Shown here one piece after another: positions 1 to 9,108 of a DNA stretch of 64,000 nucleotides. The notes beneath the pieces were generated by a model that was not told the origin of the DNA, searched no databases, and was given only the letters and a program-made list of their open reading frames with translations. The stretch lies in the NCBI GenBank assembly GCA_963702435.1, contig CAVPCR010000001.1, positions 1,088,001 to 1,152,000 of the forward strand. The letters are read 5' to 3'. The position numbers and the translations under genes were made by a program. Origin of the DNA: Candidatus Eiseniibacteriota bacterium (lineage in GTDB: Bacteria > Eisenbacteria > RBG-16-71-46 > CAVPCR01). The first letter of the stretch is position 1, and every line of letters begins with the position of its first letter.

Positions 1-2209
1 AGCTGCCGCCGGGCTCGATGAAGGTGTCGAGGCCGCCGCCGTGGCGGGGCGGGCCGTCGGGGATCCGCCCGCGCCAGTTCCAGGTGAGGCGCGCCTCGGC
101 GCCCGGCGCGAGCGGCGCGGGCAGGACGAAGGTGGCAACGGCCACCTCGTACCGGGCGGGTGGCCGCCCGTCCAGACGGATGACCCCCTTCTCGAGGAGC
201 GGCGGATAGACGGTCACGTGCACCGAGTCGAGGAACGCGGCGCTCACGTTCCGGAGGCGCACGTCGCCGGCCAGCGCGAAGGCGTTGCGGTCCGGATAGA
301 GGTCGAGGTCGAGATCCACCCCGGCGATCTCCGGCTCCGGGCAGTCGAAGAGCCACGGCCGCACTTCCTTCTCGTAGCGCACGCGCAGGCGCTCGAAGGC
401 GAGCGAGCCCATGCCGCCCTCGACCAGTACGTGGAGGCCGACACCGAGGAGCGCCGCAAGGAGAAGGAAAGTGATGGCCGGACCGACTGCGCCGCGCCGC
501 CGCCACTCGCCCGGGGCGAGGGCGCGCCGGACGGCGCCGCCCGTGCGCGGATAGAGCGCCACCGCGATGCAGAAGAGAAGACCCGCGATCGCCGCCACGT
601 AGAACCGCTGCATCACGACTTCGGTGCGCAGCGGGCCGATGCCGACCATGTCCGAGTAGGTCGTCAGGTTCAAGCCCGGGAGGTTGTAGAGCCAGTGCCG
701 GTGGCCGCGCACGAACGCCCACACGAGCCCGCCGCCCGCGGCGAGGAAGAGCGCGTAGCCGCCGGGCTTCGAGCGCGCGGCGATCGAGAGGGCCGCCGCG
801 AGGGTCACCATGAGCAGCACGGTCGGCGCCAGGTAGAAACCGAAGATGACGAGGAACGGCCGGAGATCGACCGGGCCGCCCCGGTGGATCAGCTGGTAGG
901 CGATCGCGGTCAGGAAAGCGACCGCGACGAGCCCCGCGCAGAGGGCGAGGTTCGCCATCACCTTGCCGCCGATGATCGCCATCTCCGGTACCGGATAGGC
1001 GTGCAGGGTGTCGGCGAGCCCCTCCTCGCGCTCGCGATAGATGGTCTCGCCGATGAAGAAGGTGGTCGTCCCGAACAGGAACATGACCAGGGTCCAGAAC
1101 ATGCTGCGCGCGACCTCGCTCGACACGGGCACCCGCTCCGCCCCGAAGGGGCCGGCCGAGAGGTCCACGCTCGACCAGAGGATGACCGCGAGCAGCGGGA
1201 TCAGGAAGTAGAGCGAGCGCTCGTGCGAGAGGAGACGGATCTCGGCGGCCGCCACCCGGCGGAGCTGGCGGAGCCGGCCGATCGCGAGCGGCACCTGGGC
1301 GGCGAGCGGCCGGAGCGGTCCGACCGGATGACCCAGCTCGTGATCCGGTGCGACGACGGCGGTGCGCCCCATCCGCCCGGCCCCCGCCTCGCGTCGGGCG
1401 AAACCGCGCGCGACCAGAAGGAGCGGGATGAGCCCGGCGAGGACCACGCCGATCCGGTTCAAGAGGAAGCCGGGATCGCCGAGCCAGGTGAGCGCGTTGA
1501 GCTGGATGTTGGTCTTCCCCGTCGCCTCGACCTCGGCCATGTAGATGAGACCCGTCGGATCGAGGTAGGACACCCAGCGGTGCTCGACCTTCTGCACCAG
1601 GTTGATCGCGATGAAGTAGGCGATGAAGAAGAGCGTCACCAGGCTGTAGACGAGCTTCGGGCTCCCGGTCGCGATGGCGAGCGCGAAGACGAGCCCCGCC
1701 ACCAGGATCACCCACGGCAGGTAGAACTGAACGTAGGCGACGACGAAGCCGATGGCGTTCGGCGGGATGAGCCCGATCGCCGGATTGGGCACGAACTGCA
1801 TGGTCGCGGCCACGGCGATGAAGAAGAGCGGAACGGCGAGCGGCAGCGCGAGCGCGCCGAGGAACTTCCCGAGCACATAGGTGCGGCCGCTCACCGGAGA
1901 GGAGAGGACGAGCGGCAGGAGGCCGATGCGCCGGTCCCGGAGCACGGGATCCACGGTGAGCGCGGCGATGAAATGCATGAACAGGAAGCCGAGCACGGCG
2001 AGCATGATCGAGAGCGAGTAGGCCGAGTTCCGCCCCAGCTTGACCCCCTGGGTCAAGCTGTCCTCACCCGGGGACACGGCCACGTACTTGGTGAAGTAGA
2101 AGTAGCCGATGGCGGCGAACACGGCGGCCATGAACCAGAAGGCGAAGCGCCGCAGCCCGAGCGCGAGCTCGGTCCACGCCACCTGCCTGAGTACGTTGCG
2201 CGCGCGCAT
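1..2209 (-). CDS. Large ABC-2 type transporter permease with a C-terminal extracytoplasmic (M1 aminopeptidase N-terminal-like) domain; runs off the left edge
   Basis: Not in the ORF track. ATG at 2209 overlaps the ATPase stop (TGATG). Translates MRARNVLRQVAWTELALGLRRFAFWFMAAVF...; two sets of TM helices with 'YVLGKFLG' and 'IGGKVMAN' ABC-2 motifs, then a soluble domain (DLDLYPDRNAFALAGDVRLRN...). Open to position 1. Confidence 0.8.
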   Translation of the reverse strand, partial: MRARNVLRQVAWTELALGLRRFAFWFMAAVFAAIGYFYFTKYVAVSPGEDSLTQGVKLGRNSAYSLSIMLAVLGFLFMHFIAALTVDPVLRDRRIGLLPLVLSSPVSGRTYVLGKFLGALALPLAVPLFFIAVAATMQFVPNPAIGLIPPNAIGFVVAYVQFYLPWVILVAGLVFALAIATGSPKLVYSLVTLFFIAYFIAINLVQKVEHRWVSYLDPTGLIYMAEVEATGKTNIQLNALTWLGDPGFLLNRIGVVLAGLIPLLLVARGFARREAGAGRMGRTAVVAPDHELGHPVGPLRPLAAQVPLAIGRLRQLRRVAAAEIRLLSHERSLYFLIPLLAVILWSSVDLSAGPFGAERVPVSSEVARSMFWTLVMFLFGTTTFFIGETIYREREEGLADTLHAYPVPEMAIIGGKVMANLALCAGLVAVAFLTAIAYQLIHRGGPVDLRPFLVIFGFYLAPTVLLMVTLAAALSIAARSKPGGYALFLAAGGGLVWAFVRGHRHWLYNLPGLNLTTYSDMVGIGPLRTEVVMQRFYVAAIAGLLFCIAVALYPRTGGAVRRALAPGEWRRRGAVGPAITFLLLAALLGVGLHVLVEGGMGSLAFERLRVRYEKEVRPWLFDCPEPEIAGVDLDLDLYPDRNAFALAGDVRLRNVSAAFLDSVHVTVYPPLLEKGVIRLDGRPPARYEVAVATFVLPAPLAPGAEARLTWNWRGRIPDGPPRHGGGLDTFIEPGGS

Positions 2210-3090
2210 CACTCTCTCCCGACCGCGGTGCCGACGAGGCTGAAGTACGCGTCCTCGAGGATCCCGCTCGCCGGGCGGAATCCGTCCGGCGGCGCCGCGC
2301 TGGCGGCCAGGATCTTGAGCCGCACGGTCGTGGGGCTTGCCACCATGCGCGAGAGGATGTGGCAGTGGCGATCGAGCTCCGCCAGGCGCGCGGACGGCAC
2401 CGTGGCCTCGAACACCTTGCCGTCGAGCTTGCTGACGGCCTCGCCCGGCGTCGTATCGGCGACGATCCGGCCGCGATCGATGACCGCCATGCGCGAGCAG
2501 AGGACCGACACATCGCTCACGATGTGGGTCGAGAGGATGACCACGATGTCCTGGCTCACCTCGGCGAGAAGATTGTGGAAGCGGAGCCGCTCTTCGGGAT
2601 CCAGCCCCGCCGTCGGCTCATCCACGATGAGGAGCCGCGGCCGCGCGAGGAGCGCCTGCGCGATGCCGAGGCGCTGCCGCATGCCGCCGGAAAAACCGCC
2701 GAGCTTGCGGTTCCGGGCCTCGGCCAGGTTGACGCGCGAGATGACCTCGTCCACCCGCGCCCGCCGCTCGCGGGTCGGGATGCCGCGGAGCGCGGCGAAG
2801 TAGTCGAGCATCTGGCGGGCGGTGAACGACGGGTAGAACCCGAAGTCCTGCGGCAGATAGCCGACCCACTCGCGGATCTTTTGCCTCTCCTTGAGCAGGT
2901 CCACACCGGCGAAGGTGACCTCCCCGGCATCCGGCTCGAGCAGCGTGGCGAGGATCTTCATGAGGGTCGACTTGCCGGCGCCGTTCGGACCGAGGAGGCC
3001 GAACATGCCGGGACCCACCTCGAGGTTCACGCCATCGAGGGCACGCACGCCGCCCGGATAGGTCTTCACGAGTCCGCGAATCGCCAGCAT
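2209..3090 (-). CDS. ABC transporter ATP-binding protein
   Basis: MLAIRGLVKTYPGG start; Walker A GPNGAGKS, signature FSGGMRQR, Walker B LLIVDEP, H-loop STH. Confidence 0.95.
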   Translation of the reverse strand: MLAIRGLVKTYPGGVRALDGVNLEVGPGMFGLLGPNGAGKSTLMKILATLLEPDAGEVTFAGVDLLKERQKIREWVGYLPQDFGFYPSFTARQMLDYFAALRGIPTRERRARVDEVISRVNLAEARNRKLGGFSGGMRQRLGIAQALLARPRLLIVDEPTAGLDPEERLRFHNLLAEVSQDIVVILSTHIVSDVSVLCSRMAVIDRGRIVADTTPGEAVSKLDGKVFEATVPSARLAELDRHCHILSRMVASPTTVRLKILAASAAPPDGFRPASGILEDAYFSLVGTAVGRE

Positions 3091-3146
3091 GGTGAGCCTC
3101 CTCCCGGCCGGCGGCCCCACGGCCGGCGGCCCCGTTCCGCATCCCG

Positions 3147-3623
3147 CTAGGTCAGGTTCGTCTTGATCAGCCGCTCGATGTCGCGCAGCTCGCCGAGCAC
3201 GCGCTCGGCCTCGGCGATCTTGTCGTGCAGGCGCTTCAGGAGCCGCCGCCGCTCGAGCCCGGTCGCGATGACATGGCGCATGTGCTCCGGGTCCCACGGC
3301 TTCTCGAGGTACTGGTAGAGCCCGACCTCGTTGATCGCCCGGAGCGCGTTGTCCTTGTCCGCATAGCCGGTCATGAGCACGCGCACGGCGTCCGGATGGA
3401 GCCGCTTGGCCGCGGCCAGGAAGTCGATCCCGTTCATGTCGGCCATGCGCAGATCGGCGACCACGAGGTCCACCTGGTTGTGCTTCAGGAACTCGAGCGC
3501 CTGGCGCGGCGAGTTGAAGGCGATGACCTCGTAGTTGGTCTCGAGGCTGAGGAAGGTCTTCAGGCTGCCGGTGACGATCTCCTCGTCATCGACGAGCAGG
3601 ACTCGCTGCGGTGCGTCGCTCAT
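3147..3623 (-). CDS. Response regulator receiver protein with C-terminal coiled coil
   Basis: LLVDDE, phospho-acceptor VADLRM, LMTG, YLEKPWD motifs; start MSDAPQ at 3623. Confidence 0.9.
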   Translation of the reverse strand: MSDAPQRVLLVDDEEIVTGSLKTFLSLETNYEVIAFNSPRQALEFLKHNQVDLVVADLRMADMNGIDFLAAAKRLHPDAVRVLMTGYADKDNALRAINEVGLYQYLEKPWDPEHMRHVIATGLERRRLLKRLHDKIAEAERVLGELRDIERLIKTNLT

Positions 3624-3869
3624 CAGCTTCCCCCCTGCCGGCGCCCCGCTCTTGCGTCTACGGCCACGAGCGGCCCCGGGATGCGCAAAGTGGGAGTGGA
3701 CCCTCGGATGACCTGGCTGACCGGCCCGCGCCGCGAGAGCCGGCTCGAGCCTTGATCCGGGAGCCAGGACCGTCATCCGGCCGGGGGAGATTAGCGAATG
3801 CGGCGGCAAGTGGGGAGAGAGCGCGCGGGATCCAAGGCCGTCCAGCGCCGCGGGCCGAGCACGCTCGGG

Positions 3870-4112
3870 CTACGGATTGCGGGGGGTGCGCTGGGCGAGG
3901 AAGCTGTGCAGCCGATCCCGGAGCTCGGCGGGGATGGTCTCGATGGTCGGGATCTGGCCGCTGGCCGCGATCATGCGGCGAAACGTATCCACATAGAAGA
4001 CGCACGGCATGCACTCGGAGAGGTGCGCGTCCATGTGGCCCATCGTCTCTTTGTCGAGATCCTCGTCCAGGTAGGCTGAGAGGAGCTCGACGATCTGGTG
4101 GCAGTACATCAT
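3870..4112 (-). CDS. zf-HC2 (ZAS) anti-sigma factor
   Basis: C...LLSAYLD...HLSECMPC (HxxxCxxC) motif, directly downstream of an ECF sigma. Confidence 0.9.
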   Translation of the reverse strand: MMYCHQIVELLSAYLDEDLDKETMGHMDAHLSECMPCVFYVDTFRRMIAASGQIPTIETIPAELRDRLHSFLAQRTPRNP

Positions 4113-4270
4113 GGGTAAATGGGGGCTATCGGTTTGAGGCGGCCCATCTTATCGGATCGCCGCGGCTTCCCGGACGATTCGCCATTTTCCTCGGGCCGGC
4201 CTCCGGCGGCATTCGGGCCGGGGTCGCCCACGAGCGGCCCCGAGCCAACGGCCCCGGGCGGGCCCGGAAC

Positions 4271-4864
4271 CTAGAACGGGAACACCTGGCGCTCGAAATA
4301 GCGCGCCAACTTCTTGCGAAGCAACAACCTGGCTCGATGGAGCCGGGATTTGACGGCCGGCACCGAGAGCTCGAGGACGCGGGCCACCTCCTCGTTCGAC
4401 ATGCCCTCCACGTCGCGCAGCGTGAGCACGATCCGAAAATCCTCGGGCAAACGCTCGATCGCCCGGCTGATCACGGAGAGCGCCTCGTTCGTGAGCAAGG
4501 GCCGGTCGGGCGCCTCCGGGGTCGAATCCTGCCTTTCCAGGAGCGCGATCTCCGCCTGCGGCATCGCCTCCTCGAGATCGGCGTGCTGGTGCCGCTTCTC
4601 GAGGTTCAGCTTGGCGAAGCAGGCGTTGGCCGCGATGCGGTAGATCCAGCTCGAAAGGGCCGACTCCCCACGGAAGGTCCCGATCTTCTCGTAGATCTTG
4701 AGAAAGACCTCCTGCATCACCTCTTCAGCGAGCGTCTCGTTGCGGGTGAGCTTGATCGCCAGCCGGTAGACCTTGTTCTCGTAGCGAGAGACGAGGTCCT
4801 CGAAGGCTTGCTGATCGCCGTTCTTCACCCGCTCGATGAGAGTCGCTTCGTCGACTTGCGGCAT
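4271..4864 (-). CDS. ECF sigma-70 family RNA polymerase sigma factor
   Basis: Region 2 (AEEVMQEVFL, SWIYRIAAN) and region 4 (LRDVEGMSNEEVA..VKSRLHRAR). Confidence 0.95.
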   Translation of the reverse strand: MPQVDEATLIERVKNGDQQAFEDLVSRYENKVYRLAIKLTRNETLAEEVMQEVFLKIYEKIGTFRGESALSSWIYRIAANACFAKLNLEKRHQHADLEEAMPQAEIALLERQDSTPEAPDRPLLTNEALSVISRAIERLPEDFRIVLTLRDVEGMSNEEVARVLELSVPAVKSRLHRARLLLRKKLARYFERQVFPF

Positions 4865-4987
4865 CGCGCTGGCTCCACCTCGGGGTAGTGAAGGAGTCCT
4901 TGCAGGATCCGGACCGGACCGGGCGAAGCATCATTGGGCCTCGCCCCGCCGTTATGGGACCGGCGAGTGTAACACAGATGCCGGCCC

Positions 4988-5025
4988 GCGGTCGGGTCGC
5001 GGCGGTCGGGTCGCGGCGGTCGGGG
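4988..5025. repeat. About 2.7 copies of the 14-bp unit GCGGTCGGGTCGCG
   Basis: Read directly in the intergenic region upstream of the ECF sigma. Confidence 0.7.
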
Positions 5026-5081
5026 TCCACGGCCGGGCTCGGGGCCGAACCCGGGGCGGGGTCCGGCCCATGCGACAGGCG

Positions 5082-5618
5082 TCAGGCCTTCCGGAACCGG
5101 ACCGCCACCGGCTTCACGTGGGGAAACTCCATCCCCGGCCTGCCGAGGCGCTCCTCGACGAGATCGCCCATCGGCCCCCAGACTGCCATCACCTCGGGCA
5201 TCTGGTGGGCGCGACCGGCCGCCTCCCCATCCACCCAGGAGAAGACCTCCACGAAGAACGTCTTCCCCGATTCGTCCCGGCCCTCGAAGACGACCGGGCG
5301 CTCGGGGGTGGCGAGCTTGGCCTGGCGGAGTGTCGGCCAGTGCCGCCCGATCAGCTCGAGCATGGCGGCTTCGCTCCCTTCCTTGACTCGGTAGGTGCAG
5401 ATCACCGCCTCGGCGTTCGGATAGCGAGCCGTGCGAGCCGCAGCCTTCTTCGCCGCCTTTCTGGCGACCTTCTTCGCCGCCTTCTTGGTGGCGGCCTTCC
5501 TGGTGGCCTTGGTCGCAGCCTTGGCTGCGGCCTTGGTCGCGGCCTTCCTGGTGGCGGCCTTCTTCGCCTTGCTCACCATCTTCACCTTCTTGGCCCTCTC
5601 GGCCTTCTTGTTCGCCAT
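5082..5618 (-). CDS. Protein with histone-H1-like Lys/Ala-rich N-terminus and an ABM-like (ferredoxin-fold) C-terminal domain
   Basis: Start MANKKAERAKK at 5618 after a GGAAGGAG RBS; KAATK/KAAKK repeats; then VICTYRVKEG...FVEVFSW...AH..PEVMAVWGPM. Confidence 0.75.
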   Translation of the reverse strand: MANKKAERAKKVKMVSKAKKAATRKAATKAAAKAATKATRKAATKKAAKKVARKAAKKAAARTARYPNAEAVICTYRVKEGSEAAMLELIGRHWPTLRQAKLATPERPVVFEGRDESGKTFFVEVFSWVDGEAAGRAHQMPEVMAVWGPMGDLVEERLGRPGMEFPHVKPVAVRFRKA

Positions 5619-5738
5619 GGTCGGCACTCCTTCCCCATCGAGCGTCGTGTGCGTTCCCGAGCCGCGATGATGGCATGACCCGGCTCGCCGCGCTATCCTC
5701 CACGCTGGCACCCCGACCGGAAACCCGTCCCCACCGTG

Positions 5739-8042
5739 ATGTCCGACCAGAGCGCCCACGCGGCGTCCCCCTCGACCAGGCTCGCCGGAGTCCTCGATCG
5801 CATCGTCTATGCGAACGAGGAGAACGCGTGGACCGTCGTGCGCGTCGCCGTGCCCGGACGCCGCGAACCGGTGACCGCCGTCGGCAACCTCCTCGGCGCC
5901 CAGCCCGGCGAGAGCCTCGAGCTCACCGGATCCTGGGTGCGCGATCGCAAGTACGGCGAGCAGTTCCGCGTCGAGTCCTTTGTCACCATCAAGCCCGCCA
6001 CCCTCCTCGGCATCGAGCGCTACCTGGGCTCCGGGCTTGTGCGCGGGATCGGCAAGGTGATGGCCGAGCGCCTGGTCAAGCACTTCGGCCTCGACACGCT
6101 CCAGGTCATCGACGAGGAGCCGGCGCGGCTCACCGAGGTGCCGGGGATCGGCCCCAAGCGGAGCGATTCGATCGCCCGGGCGTGGGTCGAGCAGCGCCGG
6201 ATCAAGGACGTCATGCTCTTCCTCCAGTCGCATGGCGTGTCGCCGAGCTACGCGGTCAAGATCTACAAGCAGTATGGCGACTCGGCGATCGCCGTCGTCA
6301 GCGAGAACCCGTACCAGCTCGCCACCGATATCTTCGGCATCGGCTTCAAGACGGCCGATCGCATCGCGGGGAGCCTCGGCATTCCGCTCGACTCGCCGCG
6401 GCGGGCGGCGGCGGGCGTGCTGCACGTGCTCGCCGAGCTGGCCGACGCCGGCCATGTGTACGCGCCGCGCGAGCGTCTCCTCGCCGAGACCGGGCGCATG
6501 CTCGAGATCGAGACGGCGATCGCCGAGAGCGCGATCGCCGAGCTCGCCGCATCCGGCGCGGTCGTGATCGAACCCGGCGCCCCCCTCGATCGGCCGGCCG
6601 CGGCGGGCGCTGCGGGCGCGGGCGCCGCCGCCGATCCCGCCGTCTACCTGCGCGCGCTCCACATCGCCGAGTCGGGGCTCGCCGAGCGCATCGCGCATCT
6701 CATGGCGGCGCCGGTCCAGCCGATCGCGATTGACATCGAGCGCGCGCTCGCCTGGTTCGAGGAGCGGGCGGGCATGTCGCTCGCGCCGCGCCAGCGGGAC
6801 GCGATCCGGCGCGCGGTGACCGCCAAGGTGCTCGTCATCACCGGCGGCCCCGGCACCGGCAAGACCACGCTCGTCAACGGGATCATCGAGATCCTCGAGC
6901 GCAAGGGCCGCCGCATCCTCCTCGCCGCACCCACCGGGCGCGCCGCCAAGCGGCTCCGCGAGACGACCGGGCGCGAGGCCAAGACGGTGCACCGTCTCCT
7001 CGAGTTCGCGCCCCGGTCGATGGCGTTCGAGCGAAACGTCGAGAACCCGCTCGACGCCGACATGCTGGTGCTCGACGAGACCTCCATGGTGGACACCCCG
7101 CTCGCCTATCACGTCGCGAAGGCGCTCCGCGGCTCGTGCCAGCTCGTCCTCGTCGGCGACGTGGATCAGCTACCGTCGGTGGGGCCGGGCTCGGTGCTCC
7201 GGGACGTGATCCAGTCGGGGGTGGTCGATGTGGTCAAGCTCGACGAGATCTTCCGGCAGGCCGAGTCGAGCCTCATCGTCGTCAACGCCCACCGCGTGAA
7301 CCGCGGCGAGATGCCGCTCCGGCGGCCGATCGCAGCCGCTGGCGATGACGGCGGCGAAGGCGGGGGCGAAGGCGGCGGCGCGGGGGCGGATCCGGATTTC
7401 TTCCTCGTCGAGCAGGACGACCCGGAGACGGTGCTCGACACCATCAAGCAGCTCGTCGCCCAGCGCATCCCCCGCCGCTTCCGCTTCGATCCCGTCGCCG
7501 ACGTGCAGGTGCTGACCCCGATGCACCGCGGCCTCCTCGGCGCCGCCAACCTGAACGCCGAGCTGCAGGCGCTCTTGAACCCGCGCGGCGACTCGATCAC
7601 CCGCGGCAGCCGCACCTTCCGCACCGGCGACAAGGTGATGCAGATCCGGAACAACTACACGCTCGAGGTCTGGAACGGGGACCTCGGGCTCGTCGAACGG
7701 ATCCACGAGGAGACGCGCGAGGTGGACGTCCGCTTCGACGACCGCGTCGTCCGCTACGACTACGCCGATCTCGACGAGCTCGTGCTCGGCTACGCCTGCT
7801 CGATCCACAAGTCGCAGGGCAGCGAGTATCCGGCGGTGGTGATCCCGCTCCACACCCAGCACTACGTCATGCTGCAGCGGAACCTTCTCTACACGGCGAT
7901 CACGCGGGCGCGGAAGCTCGCCGTCCTCGTCGGGAGCCGCCGCGCCCTCGCCATCGCGGTCAAGAACAGCCGGCTCGAGGAGCGCTACGCGCGGCTCGCC
8001 GAGCGGCTGCGCGCCCGCCTCCCGGCGCGCGGGCGGGAGTGA
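5739..8042 (+). CDS. recD2: ATP-dependent RecD-like DNA helicase (RecD2)
   Basis: N-terminal OB and HhH domains (YLGSGLVRGIG, VPGIGPK), Walker A GGPGTGKT, DETSM, GDVDQLPSVGPG, HKSQGSEY, RNLLYTAITRA. Confidence 0.95.
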   Translation: MSDQSAHAASPSTRLAGVLDRIVYANEENAWTVVRVAVPGRREPVTAVGNLLGAQPGESLELTGSWVRDRKYGEQFRVESFVTIKPATLLGIERYLGSGLVRGIGKVMAERLVKHFGLDTLQVIDEEPARLTEVPGIGPKRSDSIARAWVEQRRIKDVMLFLQSHGVSPSYAVKIYKQYGDSAIAVVSENPYQLATDIFGIGFKTADRIAGSLGIPLDSPRRAAAGVLHVLAELADAGHVYAPRERLLAETGRMLEIETAIAESAIAELAASGAVVIEPGAPLDRPAAAGAAGAGAAADPAVYLRALHIAESGLAERIAHLMAAPVQPIAIDIERALAWFEERAGMSLAPRQRDAIRRAVTAKVLVITGGPGTGKTTLVNGIIEILERKGRRILLAAPTGRAAKRLRETTGREAKTVHRLLEFAPRSMAFERNVENPLDADMLVLDETSMVDTPLAYHVAKALRGSCQLVLVGDVDQLPSVGPGSVLRDVIQSGVVDVVKLDEIFRQAESSLIVVNAHRVNRGEMPLRRPIAAAGDDGGEGGGEGGGAGADPDFFLVEQDDPETVLDTIKQLVAQRIPRRFRFDPVADVQVLTPMHRGLLGAANLNAELQALLNPRGDSITRGSRTFRTGDKVMQIRNNYTLEVWNGDLGLVERIHEETREVDVRFDDRVVRYDYADLDELVLGYACSIHKSQGSEYPAVVIPLHTQHYVMLQRNLLYTAITRARKLAVLVGSRRALAIAVKNSRLEERYARLAERLRARLPARGRE

Positions 8043-8049
8043 GGGGGAC

Positions 8050-8318
8050 TGTCGAATACACCGGCACTCGAGGCCCCCTGTGAGGCGGCTTTATTGCCGA
8101 ATTCTTCGACTGAGCAGTCGACGAATTCAACAGTCGCATAAACAGCTTGCTTCACAATCAGTTGGCCGAGATCTCGATCTCCGACTGGAGATCGTTGCCG
8201 AGATCTTCGGCACAGACGGTCTCGCGCGGTGGTGAAATCTCCGGCGGTCCGCTCGCCGCGCCCCACGCCAATCGCAGTCTGCATCGTGACATGCGCGATT
8301 TCGCCGAGAATCTCGACG
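8050..8318. promoter_or_regulatory. Array of five TGYCG-N7-CGRCA-like palindromes (putative enhancer-binding-protein sites)
   Basis: TGTCG-N7-CGGCA 8050-8066; TGCCG-N7-CGACT 8095-8111; AGTCG-N7-CAACA 8116-8132; TGCCG-N7-CGGCA 8196-8212; CGCCG-N7-CGACG 8302-8318. Confidence 0.65.
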
Positions 8319-8331
8319 CTCGACCTTCATC

Positions 8332-8346
8332 CGGCGCAGTAATTGC
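8332..8346 (+). promoter_or_regulatory. Sigma54 (-24/-12) promoter
   Basis: CGGCGC-AGTAA-TTGC matches TGGCAC-N5-TTGC with exact GG-N10-GC spacing, about 50 bp before the operon start. Confidence 0.7.
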
Positions 8347-8394
8347 CATCACTTCGCGGTGGGCGAAGGACGCCCGAGAAATGCGAGGTGTGCC

Positions 8395-9102
8395 ATGGTT
8401 GCCATCCTGGTTCTCTGCTCGGTAGCGGGATTCCTCCTCGCCGACTGGTACCTGACCCGGAAGCGGTCGGCCCGCGAGGCTCTCGCACCGCTCAAGTCGA
8501 TCCGGCCGGAGGCCGGGCCCGAACCGGCGCTCGCCGGCCCGGCGCTCGAGCCCGGCGCCGACTTCTTCTTCCATCCCGGCCACACCTGGGCGCACCGCGG
8601 GGCGGACGAGGTCGTGGAGGTCGGCACGGACGCCTTCGCGCCGCGCTTCCTCGGCCAGCTCGCCCAGGTGCTCCTGCCGCGGCCGGGCACTCGCTACCGC
8701 CAGGGCGATCCCGCCTTTGCGTTCGTCTCGGCGGGCGGGCGCGAGCTCGCGATGGCGATGCCGGTGGACGGCGAAGTCGTCGAGGTCAATCGCCGGCTCC
8801 TCTCCGAGCCCGATCTCGTCGAGCGCGCGCCGTACGCGGCGGGCTGGGTGCTGCGCATTCGACCCGAACAACTGGCCGTCAATCTCCAGAACTTGATGCC
8901 GGCGAGCACCGCGCGCGACTGGCTCGACGCCATTCGCTCGCGCCTCACGACGCGGTTCGCCCCTGCGCTCGGGCTGGTGGCGACCGATGGCGGCGAATGG
9001 GCCGAGGTTTTCGGGGATCAGCTCGATGAGTCCACTTGGGAATCCCTCAAGAGCGAGCTGTTTCCCGAGTTCACCGGGGGCAACCCCGAACAAGAGAGGT
9101 GA
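8395..9102 (+). CDS. Membrane-anchored glycine-cleavage-H-like protein 1, lacking the lipoyl lysine
   Basis: N-terminal TM MVAILVLCSVAGFLLADWYL; GcvH-fold motifs HTWA, VGTDAFA..LGQL, MPVDGEVVEVN, PYAAGW; no VESVK; C-terminal TDGG extension. Confidence 0.85.
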   Translation: MVAILVLCSVAGFLLADWYLTRKRSAREALAPLKSIRPEAGPEPALAGPALEPGADFFFHPGHTWAHRGADEVVEVGTDAFAPRFLGQLAQVLLPRPGTRYRQGDPAFAFVSAGGRELAMAMPVDGEVVEVNRRLLSEPDLVERAPYAAGWVLRIRPEQLAVNLQNLMPASTARDWLDAIRSRLTTRFAPALGLVATDGGEWAEVFGDQLDESTWESLKSELFPEFTGGNPEQER

Positions 9103-9108
9103 GGGGAC

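Noticed and set aside
41..2803. 920-aa plus-strand ORF
   Set aside because: Antisense shadow of the ABC permease/ATPase; no motifs, typical of high-GC DNA.
5619..7112. Long N-terminal extension of the minus-strand ORF 5082-7112
   Set aside because: Antisense to recD2; the real gene starts at MANKK (5618) with an RBS.
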